64,000 nucleotides of DNA from assembly GCA_016792765.1 (NCBI GenBank), contig JAEULD010000051.1, forward strand, positions 1,774 to 65,773. Direction: 5' to 3'. The notes below the pieces were generated by a model. That model saw only the letters and a list, made by a program, of their open reading frames with translations, was not told the origin of the DNA and searched no databases. Shown piece by piece: positions 10,895 to 20,947 of the stretch. A program made the position numbers and the translations under genes. The first letter of the stretch is position 1; each line of letters opens with the position of its first letter. The DNA is from Candidatus Odyssella sp. (GTDB lineage Bacteria > Pseudomonadota > Alphaproteobacteria > Bin65).

Positions 10895-12025
10895 ATGAGC
10901 CGGAAGATCGCTCGGTATCTTGCCGAGCACACCGTCGAAACTCCGTGCCTCGTCGTCGATCTCGACATCATCGCGCAGAATTACAAGCGCCTCGCCAAGG
11001 CTGTGCCTCTGGCGCGCATCTTCTACGCGGTGAAGGCCAATCCGGCCGCGCCGGTGCTCGGCGTGCTGCGCGATCTCGGGTCGAACTTCGACACGGCGAG
11101 CATCTACGAGATCGAGCACTGCCTCGCCCACAATATCGGGCCCGAGCGCATCTCGTTCGGCAGCACGATCAAGAAGGAGTGCGACATCGCCGCCGCGTTC
11201 GCCAGGGGCGTGCGCCTGTTCGCGTTCGACAGCGAGGCCGAGATCCAGAAGCTCGGCCGCGCGGCGCCCGGCGCCCAGGTGTTCTGCCGCATCTATTTCG
11301 AGAGCGCCGGCGCCGATTGGCCGCTGTCAAAGAAGTTCGGCTGCAGCCTCGACATGGCCGCCGACCTGCTGACGCGGGCGAAGGAACTCGGCCTCGATCC
11401 GCACGGCGTCTCGTTCCACGTGGGCTCGCAGCAGACCGACCCCGCGCAGTGGGACTTGGCACTCGGCAAGACCAAGATGCTGTTCACGACGCTCCAGGAG
11501 CGCGGCATCGACCTCAAGATGGTCAACCTCGGCGGCGGCTTTCCGGCGCGCTACCGCAAGCGCATCCCCGGCACGGAGACCTACGGCGAAGCCATCATGA
11601 AGGCCGTGACCAAGCATTTCGGCAATGAACTGCCGGCCCTCATCGTGGAGCCGGGGCGGGGCGTGGCCGGCGACGCCGGCATCATCCAGACCGAAGTCGT
11701 GCTGATCTCGCAGAAGGATTACGATGCCAAGAAGCGCTGGGTCTATCTCGACATCGGCAAGTTCGGCGGCCTGCCCGAGACGATGGACGAGGCGATCAAA
11801 TACCGCCTCGTGACGCCGCACGACGGCAAGCCGGCCGGCAAGGTGATCATCGCCGGCCCCACCTGCGACGAAGTCGACGTGCTGTACGAGAAGTCCGGTT
11901 ACGACCTGCCGCTCGACCTGGCCGTGGGCGACAAGGTGCAGGTGTTGAGCGCCGGCGCGTACACGACGACCTACAGCTCGGTGGGCTTCAACGGCTTCCC
12001 GCCGCTGCGCGAGGTTTACATCTAG
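10895..12025 (+). CDS. type III (alanine-racemase fold) PLP-dependent ornithine/lysine decarboxylase
   Basis: 376 aa with PLP-lysine motif FYAVKANP, Gly-rich NLGGGFPARY, and active-site Cys region AGPTCDEVD. Confidence 0.9.
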   Translation: MSRKIARYLAEHTVETPCLVVDLDIIAQNYKRLAKAVPLARIFYAVKANPAAPVLGVLRDLGSNFDTASIYEIEHCLAHNIGPERISFGSTIKKECDIAAAFARGVRLFAFDSEAEIQKLGRAAPGAQVFCRIYFESAGADWPLSKKFGCSLDMAADLLTRAKELGLDPHGVSFHVGSQQTDPAQWDLALGKTKMLFTTLQERGIDLKMVNLGGGFPARYRKRIPGTETYGEAIMKAVTKHFGNELPALIVEPGRGVAGDAGIIQTEVVLISQKDYDAKKRWVYLDIGKFGGLPETMDEAIKYRLVTPHDGKPAGKVIIAGPTCDEVDVLYEKSGYDLPLDLAVGDKVQVLSAGAYTTTYSSVGFNGFPPLREVYI

Positions 12026-12056
12026 CCGGCATGGCCTGGTCCGGTGGCAATCGGGT

Positions 12057-12081
12057 AGGGGCGGGTTCGAAACCCGCCCCT
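12057..12081. repeat. GGGGCGGGT...ACCCGCCCC hairpin (REP-like; probable terminator of the decarboxylase gene)
   Basis: AGGGGCGGGTT-CGA-AACCCGCCCCT forms an 11-bp stem. It is preceded by GT, giving the same GTAGGGGCGGGT word found in the arms of the 46313-46439 element. Confidence 0.6.
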
Positions 12082-12098
12082 GCGCGTTCCCGCGGGCG

Positions 12099-12443
12099 GT
12101 GATGCCCGCGCCGCGCCTCAAGACCGACCTCTGGGCCGCCGCGCTGCTGCGGCGCTGGAACCACGACACCGCCGTCGTGGCCACGCTCGTCCGCCGCGGC
12201 GACGCCGACGCCGGCTCGGTGCTGCTCAAGATCAGCCGCCTCGACGGCACCGCCACCGTGCTCTCGCAGACCGTGACCGCCGACGGCGAGCGCGCCTGGA
12301 TGCGCGGCACCGGGGCCGCGCCGGTCGCCGATTCCGAGGCCGAGGCCTACATCCAGCGGCAGAGGAAGCGCGACCCCGACCTCTGGGTGATCGAGATCGA
12401 GGACCGCCGCGGCCGGTTCGCCCCCGACGAGCCGGTGCTCTGA
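12099..12443 (+). CDS. DUF1491 family protein
   Basis: 114 aa. The sequence PRLKTDLWAAALLRRWNHDTAVVATLVRRGDADAGSVLLKI matches my memory of the conserved alphaproteobacterial DUF1491 family. Confidence 0.75.
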   Translation: MMPAPRLKTDLWAAALLRRWNHDTAVVATLVRRGDADAGSVLLKISRLDGTATVLSQTVTADGERAWMRGTGAAPVADSEAEAYIQRQRKRDPDLWVIEIEDRRGRFAPDEPVL

Positions 12444-12447
12444 GCGC

Positions 12448-12807
12448 TCAGCGCGCGCCGCGGCCGCAGGCGGTCTGATGCTTCTGGCGCCACTCGGCGA
12501 GCTTGTCCTCGCGCCGGGCGCAAATGTCCTTGAAGGCGTCCTCGTCGCAATCGCTGTCGCGGCAGTACTTGACCGCCTTCTGATAGACGTCGACGACGCG
12601 GCGATAGGAGTTGCACATCGTCTGCCTGTTGGCCGGCGTCGGCTCCTGGCGGTATTTCATGCCCATGTTGTTCGCCGCGATCTCGAACATCTGCTGGCCC
12701 ATCGGCGGCTTGCAGTGGAACGGGCTCTGGTACTGCGCCTCGGCCACGCCCGCGGGCAGCGCGGCCGCCAACAGGGCGCCGCCGAGGCATGCTCGATAGG
12801 TCGGCAC
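12448..12807 (-). CDS. small secreted Cys-rich hypothetical protein (119 aa)
   Basis: C-terminal part of track ORF 12448..13944. GTG 12807 is preceded by GGAGGAGGAGGA. It has a signal peptide (LGGALLAAALPAGVAEA) and 6 Cys in the mature part. Confidence 0.55.
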   Translation of the reverse strand: MPTYRACLGGALLAAALPAGVAEAQYQSPFHCKPPMGQQMFEIAANNMGMKYRQEPTPANRQTMCNSYRRVVDVYQKAVKYCRDSDCDEDAFKDICARREDKLAEWRQKHQTACGRGAR

Positions 12808-12872
12808 ATCCTCCTCCTCCGATCCGGACGCCGATCCTGTCAGCCGAAGGGCCGCGCCGCAACCGGCCGCGG

Positions 12873-13859
12873 TCACTTGAGCGGCGTCGGCGCGATCGGC
12901 GGGCGGGTCACGCCGCGCACGGTTTCGCGGTAGATGATGTAGACGCCCGAGGCGATGACGACCGCCGCGCCGGCGAGGACGATCGGCTCCGGAAAGTCGC
13001 CGAACAGAGCATAGCCGAGGACCAGCGCCCAGAGCATCGAGGTGTAGTCGAAGGGCGCCACGACCGAGGTGGGCGCGAGGCGGTAGGCATCGGTCACGAG
13101 CAGCTGACCGATGCCGCTCATCAGGCCGATGCCGAGCAAGAGGCCCAACTCCCTGAGCGTCGGCGTGCGCCATTCGAACGGCAGGATCGCGGCCGACAGC
13201 AGCATGCCGGCGAACGTGAAATAGAACACCGTGGAGGCGCTGTGCTCGGTGCGCGCGAGATTGCGCACGGCGATGATCGCCAGCGCGTAGGTGAAGGCCG
13301 CGCCGATCGCGACCATCTCGGCGTAGGCAAACGACTTGAAGCCCGGCTGCAGCATGACGAGCACGCCCGCGAAGCCGACCGCCACCGCGCTCCAGCGCCT
13401 TATTCCCACCCGCTCGCCGAGGATGGGGATCGAGAGCAACGTCGCGAACAACGGCGCCGCGTAGGTGAACGCGAAATAGTCGGCGAGCGGCATCAGCGTG
13501 AGCGCGTAGAAGCCGATGAACAGCGCCACGCCGCCCACCGCGACGCGGAACAGGTGCGCGCCCGGCCGTTTCGTACGCAGCACGTGCCACCCGCCGGCGC
13601 GATGCACGACGAAGAAGATCGGAACGAACGCGAGGACGCAGCGGAAGAACACGATCTGCGACACCGGGTAGCCGGGGCCGAGGCCCTTCACCATCGTGCT
13701 GCTGATCGTGAACGTGACGACGGCCGCGCACATCAGCAGGATGCCGCGGCGCAGATCGAGTCGGGTTCGGAGGGAGGGCGGCTCGTCGGGCGACATGCGG
13801 CGTGATTGCGGGGCGGGCCGGGGCCGGATCGGTCGGGCAGGGCCGGTTTGCTCCGGCAC
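12873..13859 (-). CDS. DMT-superfamily (EamA-like) transporter
   Basis: Ten-TM-like hydrophobic profile with duplicated EamA halves. An alternative start at ATG 13796 (MSPDEPP...) is possible. Confidence 0.85.
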   Translation of the reverse strand: MPEQTGPARPIRPRPAPQSRRMSPDEPPSLRTRLDLRRGILLMCAAVVTFTISSTMVKGLGPGYPVSQIVFFRCVLAFVPIFFVVHRAGGWHVLRTKRPGAHLFRVAVGGVALFIGFYALTLMPLADYFAFTYAAPLFATLLSIPILGERVGIRRWSAVAVGFAGVLVMLQPGFKSFAYAEMVAIGAAFTYALAIIAVRNLARTEHSASTVFYFTFAGMLLSAAILPFEWRTPTLRELGLLLGIGLMSGIGQLLVTDAYRLAPTSVVAPFDYTSMLWALVLGYALFGDFPEPIVLAGAAVVIASGVYIIYRETVRGVTRPPIAPTPLK

Positions 13860-13922
13860 GAGGCGGCTCTAGAGTAGCCGAGTTCGCCGCGGTTGCGGCA
13901 GGGAATTCCGGTGAAAAGCGCC

Positions 13923-14666
13923 ATGACGTATCTGCTGGCGGCATTGGCGGGGCTGGCCGGCGCGGCGGCCGGGTGGGTCATCGCCGCCGCGGCCGGCAGC
14001 ACGATCGCCGGCGCCATGCGCGTGACGGATTTCGAGGGCGCGCGCGGCGTAGCCGCCGTCTGGGGCTTCGGGCCGATCGGGGCGGCGGCGGGCCTCTGCG
14101 CCGGCTTGTGGCTGGTCTTGCGCTATGTCGGCGGCTTCGCTTCGTTCGGCGAAATCGCCTGGCGCGGCGGCGCGGTGACGCTGGCGCTCGTCGCATTCGG
14201 GGCGGCGGCCGTCGTCGTTCGGCTCCAGACGCTGCCCATGCTCGGCGGCGGACGGAGCCTGCCGCCGCAGCTCGTCTTCGAGATCCGAGTGCCTGCGGCG
14301 CTCGCGCTGCCGGCCGCGCAGCACGATCTCAAGATCGAGCTGCAAACAGACCGCAACACGGCCGACGCGCTGCTGACCGGCCCCTGGCCGCCGGCGGCGG
14401 GCGACGTGCCGGATACGCGCATCGTCGCCGGCCTCGTCGAGCTCTATTTCCGCACCAGCCGCCGGATGATCGTCGCGAAGCTGCCCGACGGACGGTCGCT
14501 GCTGTTCGCGCCGAAGCTGCGGGCCGCACCCGCCGGTTCGCCGGATTTCGGCGACTGGCGGGCGCTCGATTGGGTCGACGATGCCGACGCCAAGCAGCCG
14601 CGGCGTCCGCGGGCCGACGAGGCGTTCGCGATCCGGTATCGCGTCCGCTGGCCCGGCGCGGACTGA
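13923..14666 (+). CDS. hypothetical membrane protein (N-terminal 3-4 TM helices plus a soluble C-domain)
   Basis: Track ORF 13893..14666. ATG 13923 (MTYLLAALAGLAGAAAGWVIAAAAG) is preferred but the start is uncertain. No family recognised. Confidence 0.5.
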   Translation: MTYLLAALAGLAGAAAGWVIAAAAGSTIAGAMRVTDFEGARGVAAVWGFGPIGAAAGLCAGLWLVLRYVGGFASFGEIAWRGGAVTLALVAFGAAAVVVRLQTLPMLGGGRSLPPQLVFEIRVPAALALPAAQHDLKIELQTDRNTADALLTGPWPPAAGDVPDTRIVAGLVELYFRTSRRMIVAKLPDGRSLLFAPKLRAAPAGSPDFGDWRALDWVDDADAKQPRRPRADEAFAIRYRVRWPGAD

Positions 14667-14692
14667 CCGTTTCGCCGGGCGGAGGAGAAGCC

Positions 14693-15031
14693 ATGGCCGT
14701 CGCCGACCACCTCAACGAAGCGCTCGACATCTCGCTTGCCTGGGGCCCGCAGCGCATGGTTCCGCTGCCCGAGCGTCTGAAGGCGAAGTTCCCGGCGCTG
14801 TCCGACGCCGACATCGCGGCGCTCGAGCGCGAGTGCGACGCCGTGCTGTCGATGGTGTGCAGCCTCGCCGACCAGATCGGCGATCACGGCCTCGCGCCGT
14901 CCGAAGCCCACGCGCGGCTCCATGCCCGGTTCCCGACGCTCGACGACAAGCGGGCCGCCTACGCGATGCACCAGGGCTATTATTCGTATTGGCGCGACAA
15001 CGGCCGCGGCCCCGAGGACCGGCGCTCCTAG
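14693..15031 (+). CDS. hypothetical protein (112 aa)
   Basis: C-terminal part of track ORF 13802..15031. ATG 14693 is preceded by GGAGGAGAAGCC. Composition is non-repetitive. No family recognised. Confidence 0.5.
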   Translation: MAVADHLNEALDISLAWGPQRMVPLPERLKAKFPALSDADIAALERECDAVLSMVCSLADQIGDHGLAPSEAHARLHARFPTLDDKRAAYAMHQGYYSYWRDNGRGPEDRRS

Positions 15032-15105
15032 CCGAGGCCGGCCGCGCATGTTGCATCGCCGGGATGATGCGCTAGCTTGGCCCGATCCGCTCGAGGAACT
15101 GCCCC

Positions 15106-16179
<1,074 letters not shown>

Positions 16180-16221
16180 CGGGCGCGAGCCCGCCACATA
16201 GTAGGAAGGCATGCGAAAGCG

Positions 16222-17211
16222 ATGAAACTCGGCACGATCAAGGACGGCACGCGCGACGGCACGCTCGTCGTGGTCTCGCGCGATCTCAGGAAGGCGGCGA
16301 AGGCCGAGGGCATCGCCCGCACGTTGCAGGCGGCGCTCGACGACTGGCCGGAGAAGCGCGCGGCGCTCGGGGCGCTCTACCAGGCCCTCAACGCCGGCAC
16401 GGCGGCCGGCGCGTTCGCGTTCGATCCCGGCCGGGCGATGGCGCCACTGCCGCGCGCCTATCAATGGGTGGACGGCAGCGCCTATCTCGTCCATGCCGAG
16501 CGCGTGCGCCGCTCGCGCGGCGCCGAGCTGCCGGCGAGCGCCTACGAAGACCCGCTCATGTACCAGGGCAGTTCCGACACGATGCAGGGCCCGTGCGACG
16601 CCATCGCGATGGGCGACGAGGCCTGGGGCATCGATTTCGAGGGCGAGATCGTGGCCGTCACCGGCGACGTGCCGATGGGCGCGACGGAGGCCGAGTGCGC
16701 CCGGAGCATCCGCCTGCTCACGATCGTCAACGACGTGAGCCTGCGCGGACTCATCCCGGCCGAGCTGGCCAAGGGCTTCGGCTTCCTGCACGGCAAGCCG
16801 TCCACGGCCTTCGCGCCGGTGATGGCGACGCCCGACGAGCTGGGCGCGGCCTGGAAGGACGGCACGATCCACCTCCCGCTCGTCTGCACGCTGAACGGGA
16901 AGGTGGTGGGCCAGTGCAATGCCGGCGTGGACATGAGCTTCGGCCTGCCGCGTCTCATCGCGCATGCGGCCAAGACGCGCGCGCTCGCGGCCGGCACGAT
17001 CGTGGGCTCGGGGACCGTCGCGAATCGCGACGAGACGAAGGGCTGCTCCTGCATCGCCGAAGTCCGCGCGATCGAGACGATCAAGCACGGCAAGCCCGCG
17101 ACGCCGTTCATGCGGTTCGGCGACACGATCCGCCTCGACATGCGGGACGCGTCGGGCGCCTCGATCTTCGGCGCGATCGAGCAGAAGGTGGTGAAGTATG
17201 GGGCCGCGTGA
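16222..17211 (+). CDS. fumarylacetoacetate hydrolase (FAH) family protein
   Basis: 329 aa short-form FAH family protein (MKLGTIKDGTRDGTLVVVSRDL..., GTIVGSGTV). It is adjacent to hppD. Confidence 0.8.
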   Translation: MKLGTIKDGTRDGTLVVVSRDLRKAAKAEGIARTLQAALDDWPEKRAALGALYQALNAGTAAGAFAFDPGRAMAPLPRAYQWVDGSAYLVHAERVRRSRGAELPASAYEDPLMYQGSSDTMQGPCDAIAMGDEAWGIDFEGEIVAVTGDVPMGATEAECARSIRLLTIVNDVSLRGLIPAELAKGFGFLHGKPSTAFAPVMATPDELGAAWKDGTIHLPLVCTLNGKVVGQCNAGVDMSFGLPRLIAHAAKTRALAAGTIVGSGTVANRDETKGCSCIAEVRAIETIKHGKPATPFMRFGDTIRLDMRDASGASIFGAIEQKVVKYGAA

Positions 17212-17240
17212 CCGAACGCCGTGTCGCGGCCCCGCGGCGG

Positions 17241-18095
17241 CTACGCCGTCCTCTTTTTCTTACTCGTCGCTTTCTTCGCCGGCTGCTTCTTCCCGGTCGT
17301 CTTCACCTTCTTGCCCGGAACCTTGTAGCGCGCGAACGCGGGCACCGAGCCGGGCGCGAAGCGGCCCTTGATGCCGCAGAACTTTGCGTCGCCTTCCTTC
17401 TTCGGCGAGGCGTCGATGTGGATGTGGTTGCGGTGGAAGCGGTCGTAGTCCGGCGTCAGCGTCGTGTTGAAGATCTCGCAGGCGCTCGTGCTCGTGGCCA
17501 GGAAGAACTCGCGCGCGCCGTCCTTGCCGCTCCAGTGATGCAGATACTCGACCGAGCGCCCGTCGGCGAGCTTGAAGCCGCCGATGTCGATCGCGTTGGC
17601 GAAGGCGTGCTCGGAGAGGCGGCCGGCGAAACGGCCGCCGAACGGCTTGCCGTAGATGTTGCGGCACGAATAGCTGCCGCCGACGTCGATCGCGGCCAGC
17701 TGCGTGCGGTAGGTCTTCTGCGCCTCGGGCTCGAGCGAATCCTTGACCCAGCGGCCGAGGCGGATCGCCATGTCCTGCGTCAGCAGCGCCGGGCGCGTCA
17801 GCTTCACGTTGCCGATGCGGCTCACCTCGACGCCGTTCTCGATGACGCAGCCGCGGTCGCTGTCTTCGTCGGGCAGGCGGCGGTAGACGATGCCGAGGGC
17901 GAGGAGCTGCTTGTCGGCTTCGGCATGGGCCAGCGACTGGGCCGGTGTCTGCCGGCCGCTCTGGACCTGGCGGCTGGGCGTCTCGCCCTCGAGCGGCGCT
18001 CCGAGGTTGGAGCAGCCGGCGGCCCCGAGGCCGGCGATGATCGAAATGGCAAGAAGGGGCGGGCGGAGGCCCGTCGCGATCTTGGTGGCAGGCAT
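17241..18095 (-). CDS. extensin-like C-terminal domain lipoprotein with a Lys-rich tail
   Basis: Lipobox GAAGC. It has the domain signature FANAIDIGGFKLADGRSV...HRNHIHID and a C-terminal KKVKTTGKKQPAKKATSKKKR tail. Confidence 0.8.
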   Translation of the reverse strand: MPATKIATGLRPPLLAISIIAGLGAAGCSNLGAPLEGETPSRQVQSGRQTPAQSLAHAEADKQLLALGIVYRRLPDEDSDRGCVIENGVEVSRIGNVKLTRPALLTQDMAIRLGRWVKDSLEPEAQKTYRTQLAAIDVGGSYSCRNIYGKPFGGRFAGRLSEHAFANAIDIGGFKLADGRSVEYLHHWSGKDGAREFFLATSTSACEIFNTTLTPDYDRFHRNHIHIDASPKKEGDAKFCGIKGRFAPGSVPAFARYKVPGKKVKTTGKKQPAKKATSKKKRTA

Positions 18096-18287
18096 TGGTC
18101 TTCCTCGAGTAGCCGGACGCGCCAGCGTCCCCTTTTTCGCTCTGTTCCGCGTTAAGCGGCGCCGTTCCCTACGCCTTAACCGATTGCCTTGCGGCGCCGT
18201 TAAGGCGAAAGCTCCCCCGAGCGGGAATCCTTTTAACCATGGCCGATGCCCCGGCCAAGCGGAAATCGCGATGCTCCCCGCGGTCCC

Positions 18288-18839
18288 CTACGGCCGGATC
18301 AGGATGGGCGTGCCCTCGAGCACGGAGCGATAGATCTCGGCCATCTGCAAATCCGGCAGCGCGATGCATCCGTCGGTCCAGTCCTCGCGCGCGAACTTAA
18401 GCCGGAAATAGGCGAGCTCGCTCGCCGCCCTGGGATGGCCGTGGATGTAGATCTCGCCGCCGGGATCGGCCCCGCGCCGCATCGCATGCACGCGGTCGCG
18501 CTCGTTCGGATAGTCGATGTGAAGCGCCAGATTGAACTTGCTCTCGGGCTTCTTGTAGTCGATGCGGTAAAGGCCCTCGGGCGTGCGTCCGTCGCCGCGG
18601 TCGCGCTTGTGGCCGACCGGGTTGCTGCCGAGCGCCACGCGATAGGTGCGCATCACCCGGTCGCGGTAGATGAGCTGCAAGAGACGGCGCTGCTTCACCA
18701 CCACGACGAGATCGACCGGAACCGGGGCACGCGGCACCGCGGCGCGCGCCGCCGCGGCCGGCATGGCGCCGAGCGCCAGCGCGCCGCCTGCGATTGCGGC
18801 GCGGCGGCTCAACGGCTTCGCGGGAAAATCTGCTCCCAT
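18288..18839 (-). CDS. L,D-transpeptidase (YkuD) family protein, paralog 1
   Basis: 183 aa with a Tat-like signal (SRRAAIAGGALALG) and catalytic motif IYIHGHP...DWTDGCIALP. Confidence 0.85.
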   Translation of the reverse strand: MGADFPAKPLSRRAAIAGGALALGAMPAAAARAAVPRAPVPVDLVVVVKQRRLLQLIYRDRVMRTYRVALGSNPVGHKRDRGDGRTPEGLYRIDYKKPESKFNLALHIDYPNERDRVHAMRRGADPGGEIYIHGHPRAASELAYFRLKFAREDWTDGCIALPDLQMAEIYRSVLEGTPILIRP

Positions 18840-18929
18840 CGTCCGAACGTGTCTCCCGGGTTCTCGATCGCGGCCATGATTACCGGACGGCAGCCCGCGC
18901 TGGAAAGCCGATTTCGTCGCGGCGGGCGG

Positions 18930-19457
18930 CTACGGCTTGATCTCCACCGCCGTGCCGTCGCGGACCAGCGCGAAAATCTCCTGCATCTCCCGGTTCGTCA
19001 CCGCGATGCAGCCGTCGGTCCAATCCGGGCCGGTCTGGGCGAGGCGCGCCGGGCTCACCCCGCCGGTCGGCTGCCCATGGATGTAGATCTCGCCGCCCGG
19101 ATCGACGCCGCGCGCCGCCGCGACCTGGCGGTCCTGCCGGTTCGGATAGCTGATGCGGAGCGCGAGGTTGAAGCGGCTGACGGTGCGCCGGAAATCGACG
19201 GTATAGACGCCTTCGGGCGTGCGGCTGTCGCCTTGCTGCTGCTTGTGGCCGACCGGATCGCCGCCGAGCGCCACCGCGTAGCTCTTGAGCACGCGCCCGT
19301 TGCTCATGAGCTGCATGCTGCGCTTGGACTTTTCCACCACGACGCGGTCCGCGTATTGCGGCGCCGTCAGCGTCGACTCCTGCATGGCGCAGGAAGCGAG
19401 GCTCGATGCGAGCAGCGCAGCCGCGCCGCCGCGCAACCAAACTCCGAGTGCAGGCAT
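18930..19457 (-). CDS. L,D-transpeptidase (YkuD) family protein, paralog 2
   Basis: 175 aa with a signal peptide and IYIHGQP...DWTDGCIAVT. It is clearly homologous to the neighbouring gene over the full length. Confidence 0.85.
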   Translation of the reverse strand: MPALGVWLRGGAAALLASSLASCAMQESTLTAPQYADRVVVEKSKRSMQLMSNGRVLKSYAVALGGDPVGHKQQQGDSRTPEGVYTVDFRRTVSRFNLALRISYPNRQDRQVAAARGVDPGGEIYIHGQPTGGVSPARLAQTGPDWTDGCIAVTNREMQEIFALVRDGTAVEIKP

Positions 19458-19545
19458 CGCACGTCCCCCGAGAAATGCCCCTAGACTGCCGGATTATACG
19501 TTACCGCGGGCCCGGTTGTGTACCGGGTGCGCGTCGATGCGAAGG

Positions 19546-20478
19546 TTAACGCCCGAGGGCCGCCATCAGCTCGCGCCACTCGCGCGCCGACATGCCGGCG
19601 CTCTCGGCGGTCACGGCCTCGCCGGCAAGCATTTTCTTCACGGCCGCGAGCGCCTTGGCCGAGAGCGCGAAGCCGCCGAGCCGGTAGTCGGCGAACGCTT
19701 CGCAGGCCGCCGGAACCCAGCGCCTCACCGTCTCCAGCATCGCCTCGGCATAGGCGCGGATCTCGTATTGCGCATGCGCGTCGGCGCGCAGCGAGAGGAA
19801 GTGGAAGAGGTTGTGGAGGTCGGTCTTCCAGTACCATTGCGTATAGACGTTGAGCGTGAGGTTCATGCGCGCCAGCTCGCGCGCGAGGCCGCTCTTGCCC
19901 TCGTCGAGGACCGTGCCGTCCTCGCGCTCGTTGAGCATCTCGACGTAGTGGTCGTAGTTGCGCTCCGCGTCCTCCTTGAGCAGCGCGAGCACCCGCTGGG
20001 CCTCGCGGCCCTCGAGCACGTCGCCGCGGCCCTGGCGGTTCACGGTCGACTGCGCGGCGAGCTGCTGCGGCGCCGGGATGTAGAACTCGCGATCGAGAAT
20101 CGAATAGCGGGCCGAATACTCGTTCACGTTCGCCGTGCGGTGCCGGATCCACTGCCGCGCCACGAACACCGGCAGCTTCACGTGATACTTGATCTCGCAC
20201 ATCTCGAACGGCGTCGTGTGCCGGTGGCGCATCAGGTAGCGGATGAGCCCGGCGTCCTCGCGCACCTTCTTGGTGCCGCGGCCGTAGGAGACGCGCGCGG
20301 CCTGCACGATGGCGGCGTCGTCGCCCATGTAGTCGATCACGCGGACGAAGCCGTGGTCGAGCACCGGGAGCGCGCTGTACAGGATCTCCTCGAGCGCCGG
20401 CACGGTGACGCGGCGCGTCGCGTGCGTCTGGTCGCGGGCGGAGTCGATTTCGGCTTGCTGGTCGGCGGTGAGGGGCAT
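19546..20478 (-). CDS. thyX: FAD-dependent thymidylate synthase ThyX
   Basis: ThyX motif RHR-X7-S ([15 protein letters not shown]). ATG 20478 (MPLTADQQ...) was chosen inside track ORF 19546..20625. Confidence 0.92.
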   Translation of the reverse strand: MPLTADQQAEIDSARDQTHATRRVTVPALEEILYSALPVLDHGFVRVIDYMGDDAAIVQAARVSYGRGTKKVREDAGLIRYLMRHRHTTPFEMCEIKYHVKLPVFVARQWIRHRTANVNEYSARYSILDREFYIPAPQQLAAQSTVNRQGRGDVLEGREAQRVLALLKEDAERNYDHYVEMLNEREDGTVLDEGKSGLARELARMNLTLNVYTQWYWKTDLHNLFHFLSLRADAHAQYEIRAYAEAMLETVRRWVPAACEAFADYRLGGFALSAKALAAVKKMLAGEAVTAESAGMSAREWRELMAALGR

Positions 20479-20576
20479 CGGACGCTTCTCGAAGGGCGGG
20501 GCGGGGAAGCTAACCCCGTTCCGCGGCACGTGCCAGCGGCCTTCAATATCGGCTGTGGACGACCTATATTCCCTGT

Positions 20577-20862
20577 GCCGGCGGCCGCAAGGCCGCTCGG
20601 CTATGGCGATAAACGTCTCGCGCAATAACCACTGCGGACCCGGGGGCGGTACCCGGCGCCTCCACCAATGGGGGCGAAATAGGATCGACGCGTGGGTAAA
20701 GGTGGGTACTTTCGCCCGGCATGGTTCCGCCGTTATCGGGCCGTTTTACAACTGCCAATGACAACTCGAAGTTGGCACTCGCTGCCTAACACTAGGTAAG
20801 CGCGGCCCGGGGGGCGCCGGGCAACAGAAGCCCCCCACCTTGACCCGCCCTGGGCCGCGGCA
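20577..20862 (+). ncRNA. ssrA: two-piece (circularly permuted) tmRNA, ssrA; boundaries approximate
   Basis: The acceptor-piece 3' end GGCGCCTCCACCA ends at 20667. The canonical tmRNA 5' end GGGGGCGAAATAGGATCGACG starts at 20670 and pairs with CGCCTCC including a G3:U pair. The tag ORF GCC AAT GAC AAC TCG AAG TTG GCA CTC GCT GCC TAA (20754-20789) encodes ANDNSKLALAA. A CTATAT -10-like box lies at 20564-20569. Confidence 0.8.
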
Positions 20863-20947
20863 TGTACGCGCCCGCTCTTGCTTTCTGTGCCCTTGCCGCG
20901 CGCCTGCCAGCGGCGAATAATGCGCCGGCGGGAGCGAGACGGGGCCG

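Noticed and set aside
12057-12081. GGGTTCGAAACCC looked like a tRNA T-arm (GGTTCGAA).
   Set aside because: It is simply the apex of a perfect 11-bp palindrome. No acceptor, D or anticodon arms can be drawn around it. I treat it as a REP/terminator hairpin instead.
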